A DNA stretch of 64,000 nt from an uncultured delta proteobacterium. Lineage in GTDB: Bacteria > Bdellovibrionota_C > UBA2361 > OMII01. Of this stretch, positions 28,633 to 37,890 are shown piece by piece (within the stretch, counting starts at the first letter, position 1; every line of letters begins with the position of its first letter). The stretch is from contig CAIVDM010000143.1 of the NCBI GenBank assembly GCA_903904735.1, positions 15,272-79,271 of the forward strand, written 5' to 3'. The notes beneath the pieces were generated by a model. The model worked only from the letters and a program-made list of their open reading frames with translations, was not told the DNA's origin and searched no databases. Position numbers and translations under genes: made by a program.

Positions 28633-29325
28633 TTAGGATTCGCTGAACGGCGCGAGTCCTGAATCGCCCCCGCTAGCGCCGATTAACCGCTCAACAGCGC
28701 GCTCCGGGTGCGGCATGAGCCCAACAACGTTACCTTCTAGATTCGTGATTCCAGCGATGCTGTGAAGAGACCCATTCACGTTTACGTTTCGGTCATCGTC
28801 ACATACTGCCCCATCCTCTCCGCAGTAGCGGAGAATGACCTGACCGTTATCCTCAAGGGTCGCCAACGTGGACGGGTCCGCGAAGTAATTGCCCTGAAAA
28901 TGGGCTATGGGACAGGTGATTATCTGCCCGCTCCGCAGGTGACTCGTATAGAATGACCGAGATGACTCGACCTTCATGTGTACGAATCGAGAGAGGAACC
29001 GTCGTCCGACATTCTCCAGGAGCACCCCAGGCAACAGACCCGCTTCGCAAAGAATCTGGAATCCGTTGCAAATTCCCAATATACGCCCACCGCTAGCGGC
29101 AAAGGACCTAATGGACTCCATAACAGGGGAAAGCTTGGCTAACGCGCCGGTGCGAAGATAATCGCCGTAGGAAAAGCCGCCCGGTAAAACAACGAGATCC
29201 GGCTTCTGAAGGTCCGAGTCTCTGTGCCATATCCTTACAGTCCGCGCGCCGAGCAATCCGCCATAGACGTGCTCGATGTCTTGCTCGCAGTTCGTGCCAG
29301 GGAATACGACTACTGAAACCCTCAC
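28633..29325 (-). CDS. purQ: Phosphoribosylformylglycinamidine synthase, glutaminase subunit
   Basis: FPGTNCEQD, GGFSYGD, GICNGFQIL (Cys nucleophile), MPHPER. Confidence 0.95.
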   Translation of the reverse strand: MRVSVVVFPGTNCEQDIEHVYGGLLGARTVRIWHRDSDLQKPDLVVLPGGFSYGDYLRTGALAKLSPVMESIRSFAASGGRILGICNGFQILCEAGLLPGVLLENVGRRFLSRFVHMKVESSRSFYTSHLRSGQIITCPIAHFQGNYFADPSTLATLEDNGQVILRYCGEDGAVCDDDRNVNVNGSLHSIAGITNLEGNVVGLMPHPERAVERLIGASGGDSGLAPFSES

Positions 29326-29576
29326 GGTAGCTCCTTAATCTCGTACTGTTCTATAACTGGATTAGCCAGGAGTAGTTTGCACACTTCTTCCACCTGCCGT
29401 AAAGCGACCTCTTGCGATACGTCAGCGACATCGAGCTCTATAACTCGTCCCACGCGCACATTTCCAACTGACTCGAACTTCTGATCCTTGAGCCCGGTCT
29501 CGATAGCCTTTCCTTGCACATCAAGAACCCCTTCCTTCAAACGAACCAGCACCTGATACCGCATTTTCTCCTCCAA
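29322..29576 (-). CDS. purS: Phosphoribosylformylglycinamidine synthase subunit PurS
   Basis: 84 aa. Blocks VLVRLKEGVLDVQGKAIE and NPVIEQYE. 4-nt overlap with purQ. Confidence 0.9.
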   Translation of the reverse strand: MEEKMRYQVLVRLKEGVLDVQGKAIETGLKDQKFESVGNVRVGRVIELDVADVSQEVALRQVEEVCKLLLANPVIEQYEIKELP

Positions 29577-29586
29577 TCCTTATAGG

Positions 29587-30879
29587 CTAAGCCAAAGCTC
29601 GGTCAACGATCCGGTCGACCTCTCGTAAAAACCTCTGGACGTTGAATAGCTCCGAAATATCGTCATTGGACATCACTCCTGTTACGATCGTATCCGCCTT
29701 CACCCTCTCCAGCAGGGTCGCTCCACCATCAAACGCGGCGATAGCGTGACGCTGCACTAACGCGTACGCCTCCTCCCGGGTCAGTCCCCGATCGACAAGC
29801 GCGAGGAGTAGGTGCCCCGAGAAGATAGTTCCCCGGGTAGATTCGAGGTTGGTCATCATGCGTTCGGGATCGACCACAAGGTTGCGAACCACCCCAGTAA
29901 AACGGCTAAGCATGAAATCCAGTGCCGTGCAGGCGTCGGGCACAGCTACACGCTCTACCGAGCTGTGACTGATGTCACGTTCATGCCATAACGCGACGTT
30001 CTCAAAACACGCCTGGGCATATGCCCGCAGTAATCGAGCTATACCACAAAGGTTTTCGGTGAGAATCGGGTTCCTCTTGTGCGGCATCGCCGAAGACCCC
30101 TTCTGACCAGGAGCGAAACCCTCCATGACCTCGCGAACCTCGGTCCGCTGTAGGTGTCGAATCTCGACCGAGAATCGCTCAATTGAGCTACCCACTCCCG
30201 CCAGGCACGCCATAAACTCGGCGTGCCTATCGCGGGCGACCACCTGCGTGGCGACGGTCTCCACAGTAAGCGACAAGCGCTCCATCACATGCGCCTCAAC
30301 CCGCGGATCAATTCCGGCGTAGGTACCGACGGCGCCCGACAGCTTCCCCGTGGAGATCGACGTAATAGCGTGGGCCAGACGTTCACGTTGCCGCCTCATC
30401 TCGGCGTACCACCCCGCTAACTTAATACCGAATGTTGTAGGCTCGGCGTGAATGCCGTGAGAGCGGCCGATACAGGGAGTGTTCTTAAACTCGAGCGCTC
30501 GGGTCTTGAGAACCTCTAGAAGCGCTTCTATCTTTGCGTCGAGCAAGAGCCCCGCCCGACGCATCTGTACGGCGAGACAGGTGTCGACCACATCACTAGA
30601 GGTCATCCCCTTGTGAACGTACCGAGATAGTGGTCCGACATGCTCCGCTACATTGGTGAGAAACGCGATGATATCATGCTTCACCTCACGCTCGATCTCG
30701 TCTATCCGCTCAGCCGAGAACGTCGCCTTCTGATTGTAGGCGTCAAGCGCCTCCTGTGGGGCTTGACCAACGCTCACGAGTCCCTCAAGGGCGTGACGCT
30801 CGATCTCTAGCCAGACCCCGTATCTCGACTCATCAGTCCAGATAGTGGCCATTTCAGGGTTTGTGTATCGAGGAATCAT
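29587..30879 (-). CDS. purB: Adenylosuccinate lyase
   Basis: RYTNPEM, GMTSSDV, fumarate-lyase signature GSSAMPHKRNP. Confidence 0.95.
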   Translation of the reverse strand: MIPRYTNPEMATIWTDESRYGVWLEIERHALEGLVSVGQAPQEALDAYNQKATFSAERIDEIEREVKHDIIAFLTNVAEHVGPLSRYVHKGMTSSDVVDTCLAVQMRRAGLLLDAKIEALLEVLKTRALEFKNTPCIGRSHGIHAEPTTFGIKLAGWYAEMRRQRERLAHAITSISTGKLSGAVGTYAGIDPRVEAHVMERLSLTVETVATQVVARDRHAEFMACLAGVGSSIERFSVEIRHLQRTEVREVMEGFAPGQKGSSAMPHKRNPILTENLCGIARLLRAYAQACFENVALWHERDISHSSVERVAVPDACTALDFMLSRFTGVVRNLVVDPERMMTNLESTRGTIFSGHLLLALVDRGLTREEAYALVQRHAIAAFDGGATLLERVKADTIVTGVMSNDDISELFNVQRFLREVDRIVDRALA

Positions 30880-31682
30880 AAGTTCACCACCGCCTTCCGA
30901 GAGGACACTCCGTCAATCTCCAAGCACGGAAGGCTTTCATAGACATTTCCGCATAGAAGGGTTTGAAGCCCCGTCGCCCGATCCCCGCAGCGCTCAAGAT
31001 GCCGATTGGTTGCCTGAAGAGCCAATCCCGGCGTGTTGCTGTTCTCGCTTAAATGCCCCAGGACTATATGAAACAGCTCGGGGTGCATGATCTCGTGAAG
31101 CAATTGCGCCGCCGCCTCGTTGCAAAGATGCCCATGGGTAGAGGAGATTCGCTGCTTGAGGTCCCAACTATAGCTGCACGATTGAAGCATCTCTTGATCG
31201 TGGTTCGACTCCAAGAGGATCGCGTTGGCGCCTCGAGTGTGCTCTTGAACAAGCGTAGTCACTCGCCCCAGGTCAGTTACAAGAACTAACTTGAAACCCT
31301 CAGCGCGTATGGAAAATCCAACAGGATCCTTGGCGTCGTGAACGATGCTAAAAGGCGTAACGTCGACTTTTCCGACACAGAAATCAGACCCCGTCTTGAA
31401 GATCTCACGTCCGCGAGGTTTTGTAATACGCTCCATCGTTCCGACGTTGGCGTAGACCGGGATACCGTAACGCCGGCTGAGCGTGGCGACACCGTGAATA
31501 TGATCCGCGTGTTCATGGGTCACAAGGATCGCGGAGAGAGTGCGAGGGTCAACCCCCACTTCCGCCATGCGCGCCTCCGCTTGTTTGCCCGATAGACCAC
31601 AGTCCACGAGAAAACGAACGCCAGCCGCCTCAACGAACGTGCAGTTGGCCTTACTACCTGAGGAAAGAACGGAAAAACGCAT
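30876..31682 (-). CDS. MBL-fold metallo-hydrolase
   Basis: THEHADH motif. 4-nt overlap with purB. Confidence 0.85.
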   Translation of the reverse strand: MRFSVLSSGSKANCTFVEAAGVRFLVDCGLSGKQAEARMAEVGVDPRTLSAILVTHEHADHIHGVATLSRRYGIPVYANVGTMERITKPRGREIFKTGSDFCVGKVDVTPFSIVHDAKDPVGFSIRAEGFKLVLVTDLGRVTTLVQEHTRGANAILLESNHDQEMLQSCSYSWDLKQRISSTHGHLCNEAAAQLLHEIMHPELFHIVLGHLSENSNTPGLALQATNRHLERCGDRATGLQTLLCGNVYESLPCLEIDGVSSRKAVVNL

Positions 31683-31739
31683 GTCCCGATATGACCATGG
31701 CAGGCAGCTCAGAGCAAGATGATTGGTGACAAGTCACCA

Positions 31740-32525
31740 TCAGTTGACGATAGCGACGCCCGCATCCGGAGAACCCGTTTCGTTAACCTCTTTCAAGACT
31801 CGTTTCGCGAGAGCCTCAAACCGCTCAGCGGTCGCGCCTGTGCCGCAAGCGGCAGGCGCTCCCGTATCACCACCTTCTCGAATAGCGAGGTCGATTGGGA
31901 TCTGAGCCAGCAACGGCACACCAAACTCTCGAGCTGTCTTCTCACCGCCACCACTACCGAATACGGGAACGACGGTGCCGTCAGGTAAGGGCAATCCAGC
32001 CATATTCTCTACAATGCCGAGAATCGGAACCTGCACCTTGCGGAGCATGTTCATCGACTTTCGGACATCGGCGAGAGCTACTTCTTGCGGTGTTGTGACC
32101 ACGACCGCGCCAGCTAATTTCACGAGCTGCGTAAGAGAGATCTGCGCGTCGCCAGTTCCGGGAGGCATATCAATGATTAGATAGTCCAAAGCGCCCCAAC
32201 TGACATCCTCAAACATCTGGTTAAGCGCCTTGTTGAACATCGGGCCGCGCCATATGACGGCGTCGTCTGGATTCTTGAGAAAGAAGCCGAGCGATATGTA
32301 CTTAATGCCGTATTTCACAGGTGGGATAAGCCGCTCCTCATGGTCCGGCACCACCTGCCCACCACCCATAAGTGTTGGAATGCTCGGGCCATAGAAGTCG
32401 CCATCGATTAATCCAACCTTCGCTCCGGTCTTGGCGATTGAGATCGCCAGATTAACGGCGACTGTTGATTTTCCAACTCCGCCCTTGCCTGATATGACGG
32501 GAATAATCTTTCCAAACTTACTCAT
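31740..32525 (-). CDS. apbC: Mrp/ApbC-type ATP-binding Fe-S cluster carrier
   Basis: SGKGGVGKST deviant Walker A and DMPPGTGD. No N-terminal DUF59 domain. Confidence 0.9.
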   Translation of the reverse strand: MSKFGKIIPVISGKGGVGKSTVAVNLAISIAKTGAKVGLIDGDFYGPSIPTLMGGGQVVPDHEERLIPPVKYGIKYISLGFFLKNPDDAVIWRGPMFNKALNQMFEDVSWGALDYLIIDMPPGTGDAQISLTQLVKLAGAVVVTTPQEVALADVRKSMNMLRKVQVPILGIVENMAGLPLPDGTVVPVFGSGGGEKTAREFGVPLLAQIPIDLAIREGGDTGAPAACGTGATAERFEALAKRVLKEVNETGSPDAGVAIVN

Positions 32526-32561
32526 AGTCCCTCTTGTAAAAGTCTAAATCTTCCTAAACGG

Positions 32562-34385
32562 CTAGACAGCCTCCGCTGAGCCCCGCGTAATTAACGCCTC
32601 TTCCTGCGCTAGTGGCTGCTCTGACGACCGCGGCTGAACCCAGTCCTCGCCATGATGGGCTCTCATCGACTCTCTCTCGAGGATCGACCGGGGAATGAGC
32701 GAATCCACTGATTCCCAGGGGAGTAGCTGCTCGAAGCCTATCCTGCGCGATACGTAAAAGTCCACTGGTGGAACGTCTGGGAGCAGTCGTTCGGTCGACC
32801 GCTTCATCAACCACTTCCAATTCTCGTTACGCTGCTCCATCTCATACAGGAGCTTGCTCACCCTACGATCGCCACGCGAGAGTAGCGCTTGGAAATAGCT
32901 CTCCTTAGGAGGTTCGAATCGAAGTTCCACGTTCGGAACCTTCGCTGTAAGTTTTCTGACACGCTCGATCTTCCTCTCGAGTGACTTGGTGTCGACCATT
33001 GGCTCCCACTGAAATGGGGTCGAAGCTTTCGGAATGAAGGGATTCACCGATAAAGAGACTGAGCCCAACTTGCCCGTTGGCTTTGAGATCTCGACTACTT
33101 TATTCCGCACCTCGATCGCCAAATGCGCGATGGCGTCAATATCCTCGTCCGTCTCTGTCGGGAGTCCAACGATAAAGTAGAGTTTAAATCCGCGAATGCC
33201 AGCCTCCGCCATCTGCGCCGCCGCGTCGAGCACCTGTTGATTCGACACGCGTTTGCCCGCGGCTCGACGAAGTCTCTCAGTGCCGGCTTCGGGTGCCAGG
33301 GAGACCGTCTTATACTCGCTCTCCGAAATACTAGCGGAGAGCATCTTTGAGACCTTCTGAGACATGATCGAGCTAAGAGCGGCTCGTCCTCCCTGCTCCG
33401 CTACGCTCTGCGCCAGCTTAGCGATTGACTTGTGAGATGACACGGAGGCGCCGACAAAGCCTATCGCGGCGCTGTTCTCAAGACCGATCTGCACAGTGTC
33501 GGTAAGAGCCTCCTCGCTTCGCTTCCTAACGGGGCGATATATGTAACCCGCCACACAAAAGCGGCATCCCATCTCACACCCTCGCCCGGTTTCCGTGAGA
33601 AACATCGACTTAAATTCAGTCTCTGGGGTTAGAATGCGAGAGTAGGTCTTGAACTTTGAAAGATCCTTCACGAATCGTCTTCGCGGGCGCTGTGGAACCT
33701 CGGCTGTAATCTCGTAGCGGTCCACCGACTCGTCCGCCTTAAAATGCGGGGTGTAGAAGCGTGGTACGTATACACCCTCAATCTGCGCCAGCTCAAAAAG
33801 CAACTTGTCACGAGTCCATCCCTCTGACTTTCCGCGCTGCATCACATTCATGAACTCAGGCATGAGCTCTTCCGCTTCGCCAATCACGCACACATCGAGG
33901 AACTCCGCGACCGGCTCGGGGTTCAGCGTAACAGACGTACCACCTGCAATCAGTAGCGGGATCGGAAACTTGGCGTTACGGGCGGCTTCCTCACGCTCCT
34001 GCCACGTGGCGAATAAGAGCCCCTGATTTCGGAGCATTGTGAGCATATGGGGATAATCGGTCTCGAATGAGAGGCTAAAACCAACTACATCGCAGTCCGC
34101 TAGCAGCCGGTTATTCTCGAATGATCGCCACTTTTCGGCTCGCACGGACTCCTTCTCAGAGTTCTCCGGCAAGAACGCGCGCTCGACGATAACCCGATTG
34201 TCTCTCGCTAAGATGTCATACACCGCCTGAAACCCAAGATTTGACATCGCCACCCAATAGCTATTTGGGTAGGTCAGATGGAATCGGATATCTCCAGTAC
34301 TGTTGTTGTAAGGAACCACGAACTTCTCAAGCGCCTTGAGATCTTTGTTCGAGGGATTTTTTAGCTGCGCTCGCTTCGTCGCCAT
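32562..34385 (-). CDS. Radical SAM protein with an N-terminal B12-binding-like domain (resembles the uncharacterised TIGR03960 type)
   Basis: CEMGCRFC (CxxxCxxC). The N-terminal block LTYPNSYWVAMSNLGFQAVYDIL is typical of that family, from memory. Confidence 0.85.
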   Translation of the reverse strand: MATKRAQLKNPSNKDLKALEKFVVPYNNSTGDIRFHLTYPNSYWVAMSNLGFQAVYDILARDNRVIVERAFLPENSEKESVRAEKWRSFENNRLLADCDVVGFSLSFETDYPHMLTMLRNQGLLFATWQEREEAARNAKFPIPLLIAGGTSVTLNPEPVAEFLDVCVIGEAEELMPEFMNVMQRGKSEGWTRDKLLFELAQIEGVYVPRFYTPHFKADESVDRYEITAEVPQRPRRRFVKDLSKFKTYSRILTPETEFKSMFLTETGRGCEMGCRFCVAGYIYRPVRKRSEEALTDTVQIGLENSAAIGFVGASVSSHKSIAKLAQSVAEQGGRAALSSIMSQKVSKMLSASISESEYKTVSLAPEAGTERLRRAAGKRVSNQQVLDAAAQMAEAGIRGFKLYFIVGLPTETDEDIDAIAHLAIEVRNKVVEISKPTGKLGSVSLSVNPFIPKASTPFQWEPMVDTKSLERKIERVRKLTAKVPNVELRFEPPKESYFQALLSRGDRRVSKLLYEMEQRNENWKWLMKRSTERLLPDVPPVDFYVSRRIGFEQLLPWESVDSLIPRSILERESMRAHHGEDWVQPRSSEQPLAQEEALITRGSAEAV

Positions 34386-34393
34386 ACTGTGCC

Positions 34394-34864
34394 TTACTGA
34401 ACCGCGTCTTCTTTGCTCTTCGCTCGGGCAGCACTTAGGTTTTTATAGCTTCTGAGCCACAGCTCCGCGCGGCGGGCGTTAAGCCCTGAATCCACTGTTA
34501 TCTGGTCCGAGGCGCCTGGCTTTAACCGAAAGGAGTACGAGCCGAACTTCACCTGGCTTCCATCCAAGTCGAGCTGTTTGAGATCCACGTTGATAGAGTA
34601 CTCATCGCTTGAGTTGTTGAACACCTTGCAGACCCACGAGGACTCTCCAACGCGGGACACCGAACCGGTTATTGGCGCCACGTTCGCGCCAGTAAAGTCC
34701 TCACCACCAAAGGCGTCACTGGTAATAGTGTTGCCGGCTCCCGAGAGGGATGACACCGCGAGCAACCCGCTCTTGGGCAGCTTGGGATTCGAGACCTTTT
34801 CCTCCGCCAAGCCGATGGTCACGGTCATAATGGTTGCGAGGACGATAGTAACGAGCTCTTTCAT
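34394..34864 (-). CDS. Hypothetical secreted protein (156 aa)
   Basis: Hydrophobic N-terminus MKELVTIVLATIMTVTIGLA. Lies 8 nt upstream of the radical SAM gene. Confidence 0.5.
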   Translation of the reverse strand: MKELVTIVLATIMTVTIGLAEEKVSNPKLPKSGLLAVSSLSGAGNTITSDAFGGEDFTGANVAPITGSVSRVGESSWVCKVFNNSSDEYSINVDLKQLDLDGSQVKFGSYSFRLKPGASDQITVDSGLNARRAELWLRSYKNLSAARAKSKEDAVQ

Positions 34865-34965
34865 ACGTGTGTCTTGGACAAGTAAATCGACTGGGTTATA
34901 CCACTTCCGTGTCGCTTAATCACGCTATCGCGTGGCCACGAATAACTGGCTCTAAGAGGGGGAAA

Positions 34966-35286
34966 ATGAGGGATATACTCGTCTGTTTAGTGACCTGCCC
35001 GTCAAAAGAGGTTGGAACCCGCCTAGCCACGCTACTCGTGGAGGGGCGCCTGGCCGCCTGCGTGAACGTTATTGATGGGGTCCAGTCCGTCTACCACTGG
35101 CAGGAACAGGTAGTCGTGGATAGCGAGGTGCAGCTGGTCATAAAGACGACCCGCGCCAAGCTTGAGCAGGTTCAAGCGAAGGTCCTTGAGCACCACCCCT
35201 ATGAAATTCCAGAGTTTATAGCGCTCGAGCCCGTGGCTACCGAACCTCGATATGCTCATTGGATTTTGGGTACCGTGGCTGGCTAA
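34966..35286 (+). CDS. cutA: Divalent-cation tolerance protein CutA
   Basis: AACVNVI, SVYHWQ, HPYEIPEF. A purine-rich RBS (AGAGGGGG) precedes the ATG at 34966. Confidence 0.85.
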   Translation: MRDILVCLVTCPSKEVGTRLATLLVEGRLAACVNVIDGVQSVYHWQEQVVVDSEVQLVIKTTRAKLEQVQAKVLEHHPYEIPEFIALEPVATEPRYAHWILGTVAG

Positions 35287-35674
35287 GGGGAAAATCATCA
35301 TCTCCCCCAAGCGGCCGGCGAAGCGGCGGATTTGCCACGGGGTCTCGGTCTGATGGCGGTTTGCCGTCGCGGTTGTCAAATCGACCATCCACAATCACTG
35401 AAGGTCCTCCGTACCCATTCCCTTGCAGAGTCTGGGCGGTCGGGCGGGGATTTACTGGTACCGGACCCGCGCTCGACCATACTCGCATCCTCTGACCCGA
35501 CTCCGTCACCACCTCTTCACCCGGCAGAACCGGTGGTAGGCGCGGGTCATTCTGTCGCGTCGTTGGTTGGTTGTTTTGTTCCATGGACCTGCCATCCGCT
35601 GGAGATGGCGAAACGGGTATGGCAAGCCAAACAGCGGCGACAAAAAGGGGTAGTGATAGCGAATGAACTCTCAT
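35237..35674 (-). CDS. Hypothetical secreted Pro-rich protein
   Basis: Internal start MRVHSLSLPLFVAAVWLAIPVSPSPA (signal-like). Its 3' end overlaps the cutA 3' end by 50 nt. Competing plus-strand ORFs exist. Confidence 0.35.
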   Translation of the reverse strand: MRVHSLSLPLFVAAVWLAIPVSPSPADGRSMEQNNQPTTRQNDPRLPPVLPGEEVVTESGQRMRVWSSAGPVPVNPRPTAQTLQGNGYGGPSVIVDGRFDNRDGKPPSDRDPVANPPLRRPLGGDDDFPLSQPRYPKSNEHIEVR

Positions 35675-35767
35675 ACTCTCTAGGCTATCCGAGATTTCGT
35701 GGTGGCGGCAAAGGATATTCCAATCGCCATGCGGTTTTTCTCGTAACCCTCTTTCGGGATTGATCTG

Positions 35768-36415
35768 GTGAGCGATATTCCCACTCTTACGGTTCTCATA
35801 TCGGGGCGCGGCAGCAATCTTGTGGCGCTTCACGCCCATGCGAGCAACTACCGCATAGGGCACGTCATCAGTAACACACCAGACGCCCTAGGGCTTTCTT
35901 GGGCGGCGCAGGCTGGGATTCCCCATACGGTTGTTGCGCGCGCCAACTACGAGTCGCTAACGACCCTCAAGGCGGCAATACTCGAGACCGTACGTCTCTC
36001 GCAACCAGACATCGTGGCCCTCGCCGGATTCATGATGGTGCTCAACGCGGAGTTCACCGAGGCGTTTAAGGGACGCCTGATAAATATTCACCCATCACTT
36101 CTCCCAAAGTTTCCGGGGCTCGACACCCATGCGCGCGCTCTTACCGCCGGGGAGGCCGAGCACGGCGCCACGGTTCACTTCGTCGACGCCGGCGTCGATA
36201 CGGGCCTTCGCATCGCACAAGCGGTGGTGCCCGTACTCCTAGGGGATGACGAGAAGACTCTCGCAGCTCGAACTCTCACGGTAGAACACGCCCTCTACCC
36301 TTGGGTCGCGGGTACCATGGCGCGTGGGGGTATTCGGTTTACCCCTGAGCGGGTGTATTACGATGAGCAGGCGCTCCTTGAGGCGCGTCGACTGAGTTTT
36401 AGAGTTTTTGAGTAA
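35768..36415 (+). CDS. purN: Phosphoribosylglycinamide formyltransferase
   Basis: LISGRGSNL, INIHPSLLPKFPG, GATVHFVD. GTG start. Confidence 0.9.
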   Translation: MSDIPTLTVLISGRGSNLVALHAHASNYRIGHVISNTPDALGLSWAAQAGIPHTVVARANYESLTTLKAAILETVRLSQPDIVALAGFMMVLNAEFTEAFKGRLINIHPSLLPKFPGLDTHARALTAGEAEHGATVHFVDAGVDTGLRIAQAVVPVLLGDDEKTLAARTLTVEHALYPWVAGTMARGGIRFTPERVYYDEQALLEARRLSFRVFE

Positions 36416-36430
36416 AGGGACACGGTTACT

Positions 36431-37135
36431 ATGAGCAATAATTCTATCACCTACGCGGGGCACTCAGCGGTGTTCGTCAACATTCACGGCATGCGAGTCG
36501 CGATCGACCCATGGCTCGAGGGTAATCCCATGTGTCCAGCGAACTTACGCGACCCAAAGGCGCTCGACTTGATAGTGCTTACGCACGGACACTCCGATCA
36601 TGCCGGAGACGCCGTGAGGGTCGCGCAAACAACGAGAGCCAAACTCGCGGCGACCTACGAGCTAGCGATGATCATGATCGCTGAAGGAGTTCAGGCGTCT
36701 CATGTGATTCCAATGAATAAGGGCGGTAGCGTGGAAATTTCGGGAGTGGCGGTTCATCTTGTAAACGCCTTCCATTCCAGCTCATACGATACCAAAAACG
36801 GAACCCTCTACGCAGGAGAAGCGTGTGGAGTTGTTCTCGCCTCGCAGGGCAAGAGTGTTTACCACGCCGGAGACACTGAGCTCTTTAGCGATATGAGTCT
36901 GATTGGTAAGAGATTTAAGCCCTCGGTCGCCTTATTGCCGATAGGCGATCGCTTTACCATGGGTCCCGAGGATGCGGCCGAGGCGGCGCGGCTTGTCGGT
37001 TGCGCGACGGCGTTGCCGATTCATTACAAAACTTTCGATCTCTTAACAGGCACGTACGAGACGTTCTCCAGCGCCTGTAAATCCCGCGGCGTTAATTGTC
37101 GTGAGTTAGAGCCCGGGCAGAGTATGGATTGGTAG
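36431..37135 (+). CDS. MBL-fold metal-dependent hydrolase (UPF0173-like)
   Basis: THGHSDH motif and IDPWL block. Confidence 0.85.
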   Translation: MSNNSITYAGHSAVFVNIHGMRVAIDPWLEGNPMCPANLRDPKALDLIVLTHGHSDHAGDAVRVAQTTRAKLAATYELAMIMIAEGVQASHVIPMNKGGSVEISGVAVHLVNAFHSSSYDTKNGTLYAGEACGVVLASQGKSVYHAGDTELFSDMSLIGKRFKPSVALLPIGDRFTMGPEDAAEAARLVGCATALPIHYKTFDLLTGTYETFSSACKSRGVNCRELEPGQSMDW

Positions 37136-37345
37136 AGTTACGGTCTTTTGAGAAGTTATCGACGGATGTCTAGTCGATTGCCTTGAGATTAACTGTTCTG
37201 CGTAACAGGGCGTGCACGGAGACACGCTTTCCCATCACCTATCGAATCTACGTCGATGGAGATTGACGGGGACATAGTCCCCGAAGCTGTTCGCATTTGT
37301 AATGAGATCGGGTCGAAGCGACCCGAGAGAAATTCACCAAAAAAA

Positions 37346-37431
37346 TGGTGCCCAAGAGAGGACTTGAACCTCCACGACGTTTCCGCCACCAGCACCTCAA
37401 ACTGGCGTGTCTACCATTCCACCACCTGGGC
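37346..37431 (-). tRNA. tRNA-Leu (anticodon GAG), class II long variable arm, CCA encoded
   Basis: The reverse complement is GCCCAGGTGGTGGAATGGTAGACACGCCAGTTTGAGGTGCTGGTGGCGGAAACGTCGTGGAGGTTCAAGTCCTCTCTTGGGCACCA. The 7-bp acceptor pairs. The anticodon loop is TTGAGGT. It is near-identical in layout to remembered E. coli leuU and, as in E. coli, lies just downstream of secG. Confidence 0.95.
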
Positions 37432-37468
37432 ATTCGAACTTTGCGACTCGAGAGTCGAGGGAACCGAT

Positions 37469-37840
37469 CTACTTAGCTGTGGAGTTATCCACCGGCTTAG
37501 CAGGAGGCTGCGGAGCTCCCTGTGAGGCAGCATCTTGAGGTTTAGCTGCCTTCGAGTCAAGACCACTAAGGTCTAATCCCTCCGTGATATCACTGCGACC
37601 ACCGACAATACTTCCGGATGCCGCAAGCCTCACGAGGAGCACGGAGGTTAGCATGAAGAGAACCGCAATTAAAGTAGTCAGGCGCACCAAAACTGAAGAA
37701 GCGCCACCTACACCAAACACAGAGTTCGCACCGCCGGACATAATCGCGCCGATGTCAGCGCCCTTACCTTGCTGCAAGAGGACGAGACTTACGAGAAAAA
37801 TCGCCAAGATAACATGAATCGCTAATACCGCCGTATACAT
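37469..37840 (-). CDS. secG: Preprotein translocase subunit SecG
   Basis: ILAIFLVSLVLLQQGKGADIG...FGVGGAS pattern with two TM segments. Confidence 0.9.
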   Translation of the reverse strand: MYTAVLAIHVILAIFLVSLVLLQQGKGADIGAIMSGGANSVFGVGGASSVLVRLTTLIAVLFMLTSVLLVRLAASGSIVGGRSDITEGLDLSGLDSKAAKPQDAASQGAPQPPAKPVDNSTAK

Positions 37841-37890
37841 ACCAAGCTCCCTACCTCACTACACGCACACACTATCACCCTCTTCTGTCT

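Noticed and set aside
35259-35763. Plus-strand ORFs (78 and 143 aa) between cutA and purN
   Set aside because: They compete with a minus-strand ORF that has a plausible signal peptide. None has a motif. I kept only the minus-strand call, and at low confidence.
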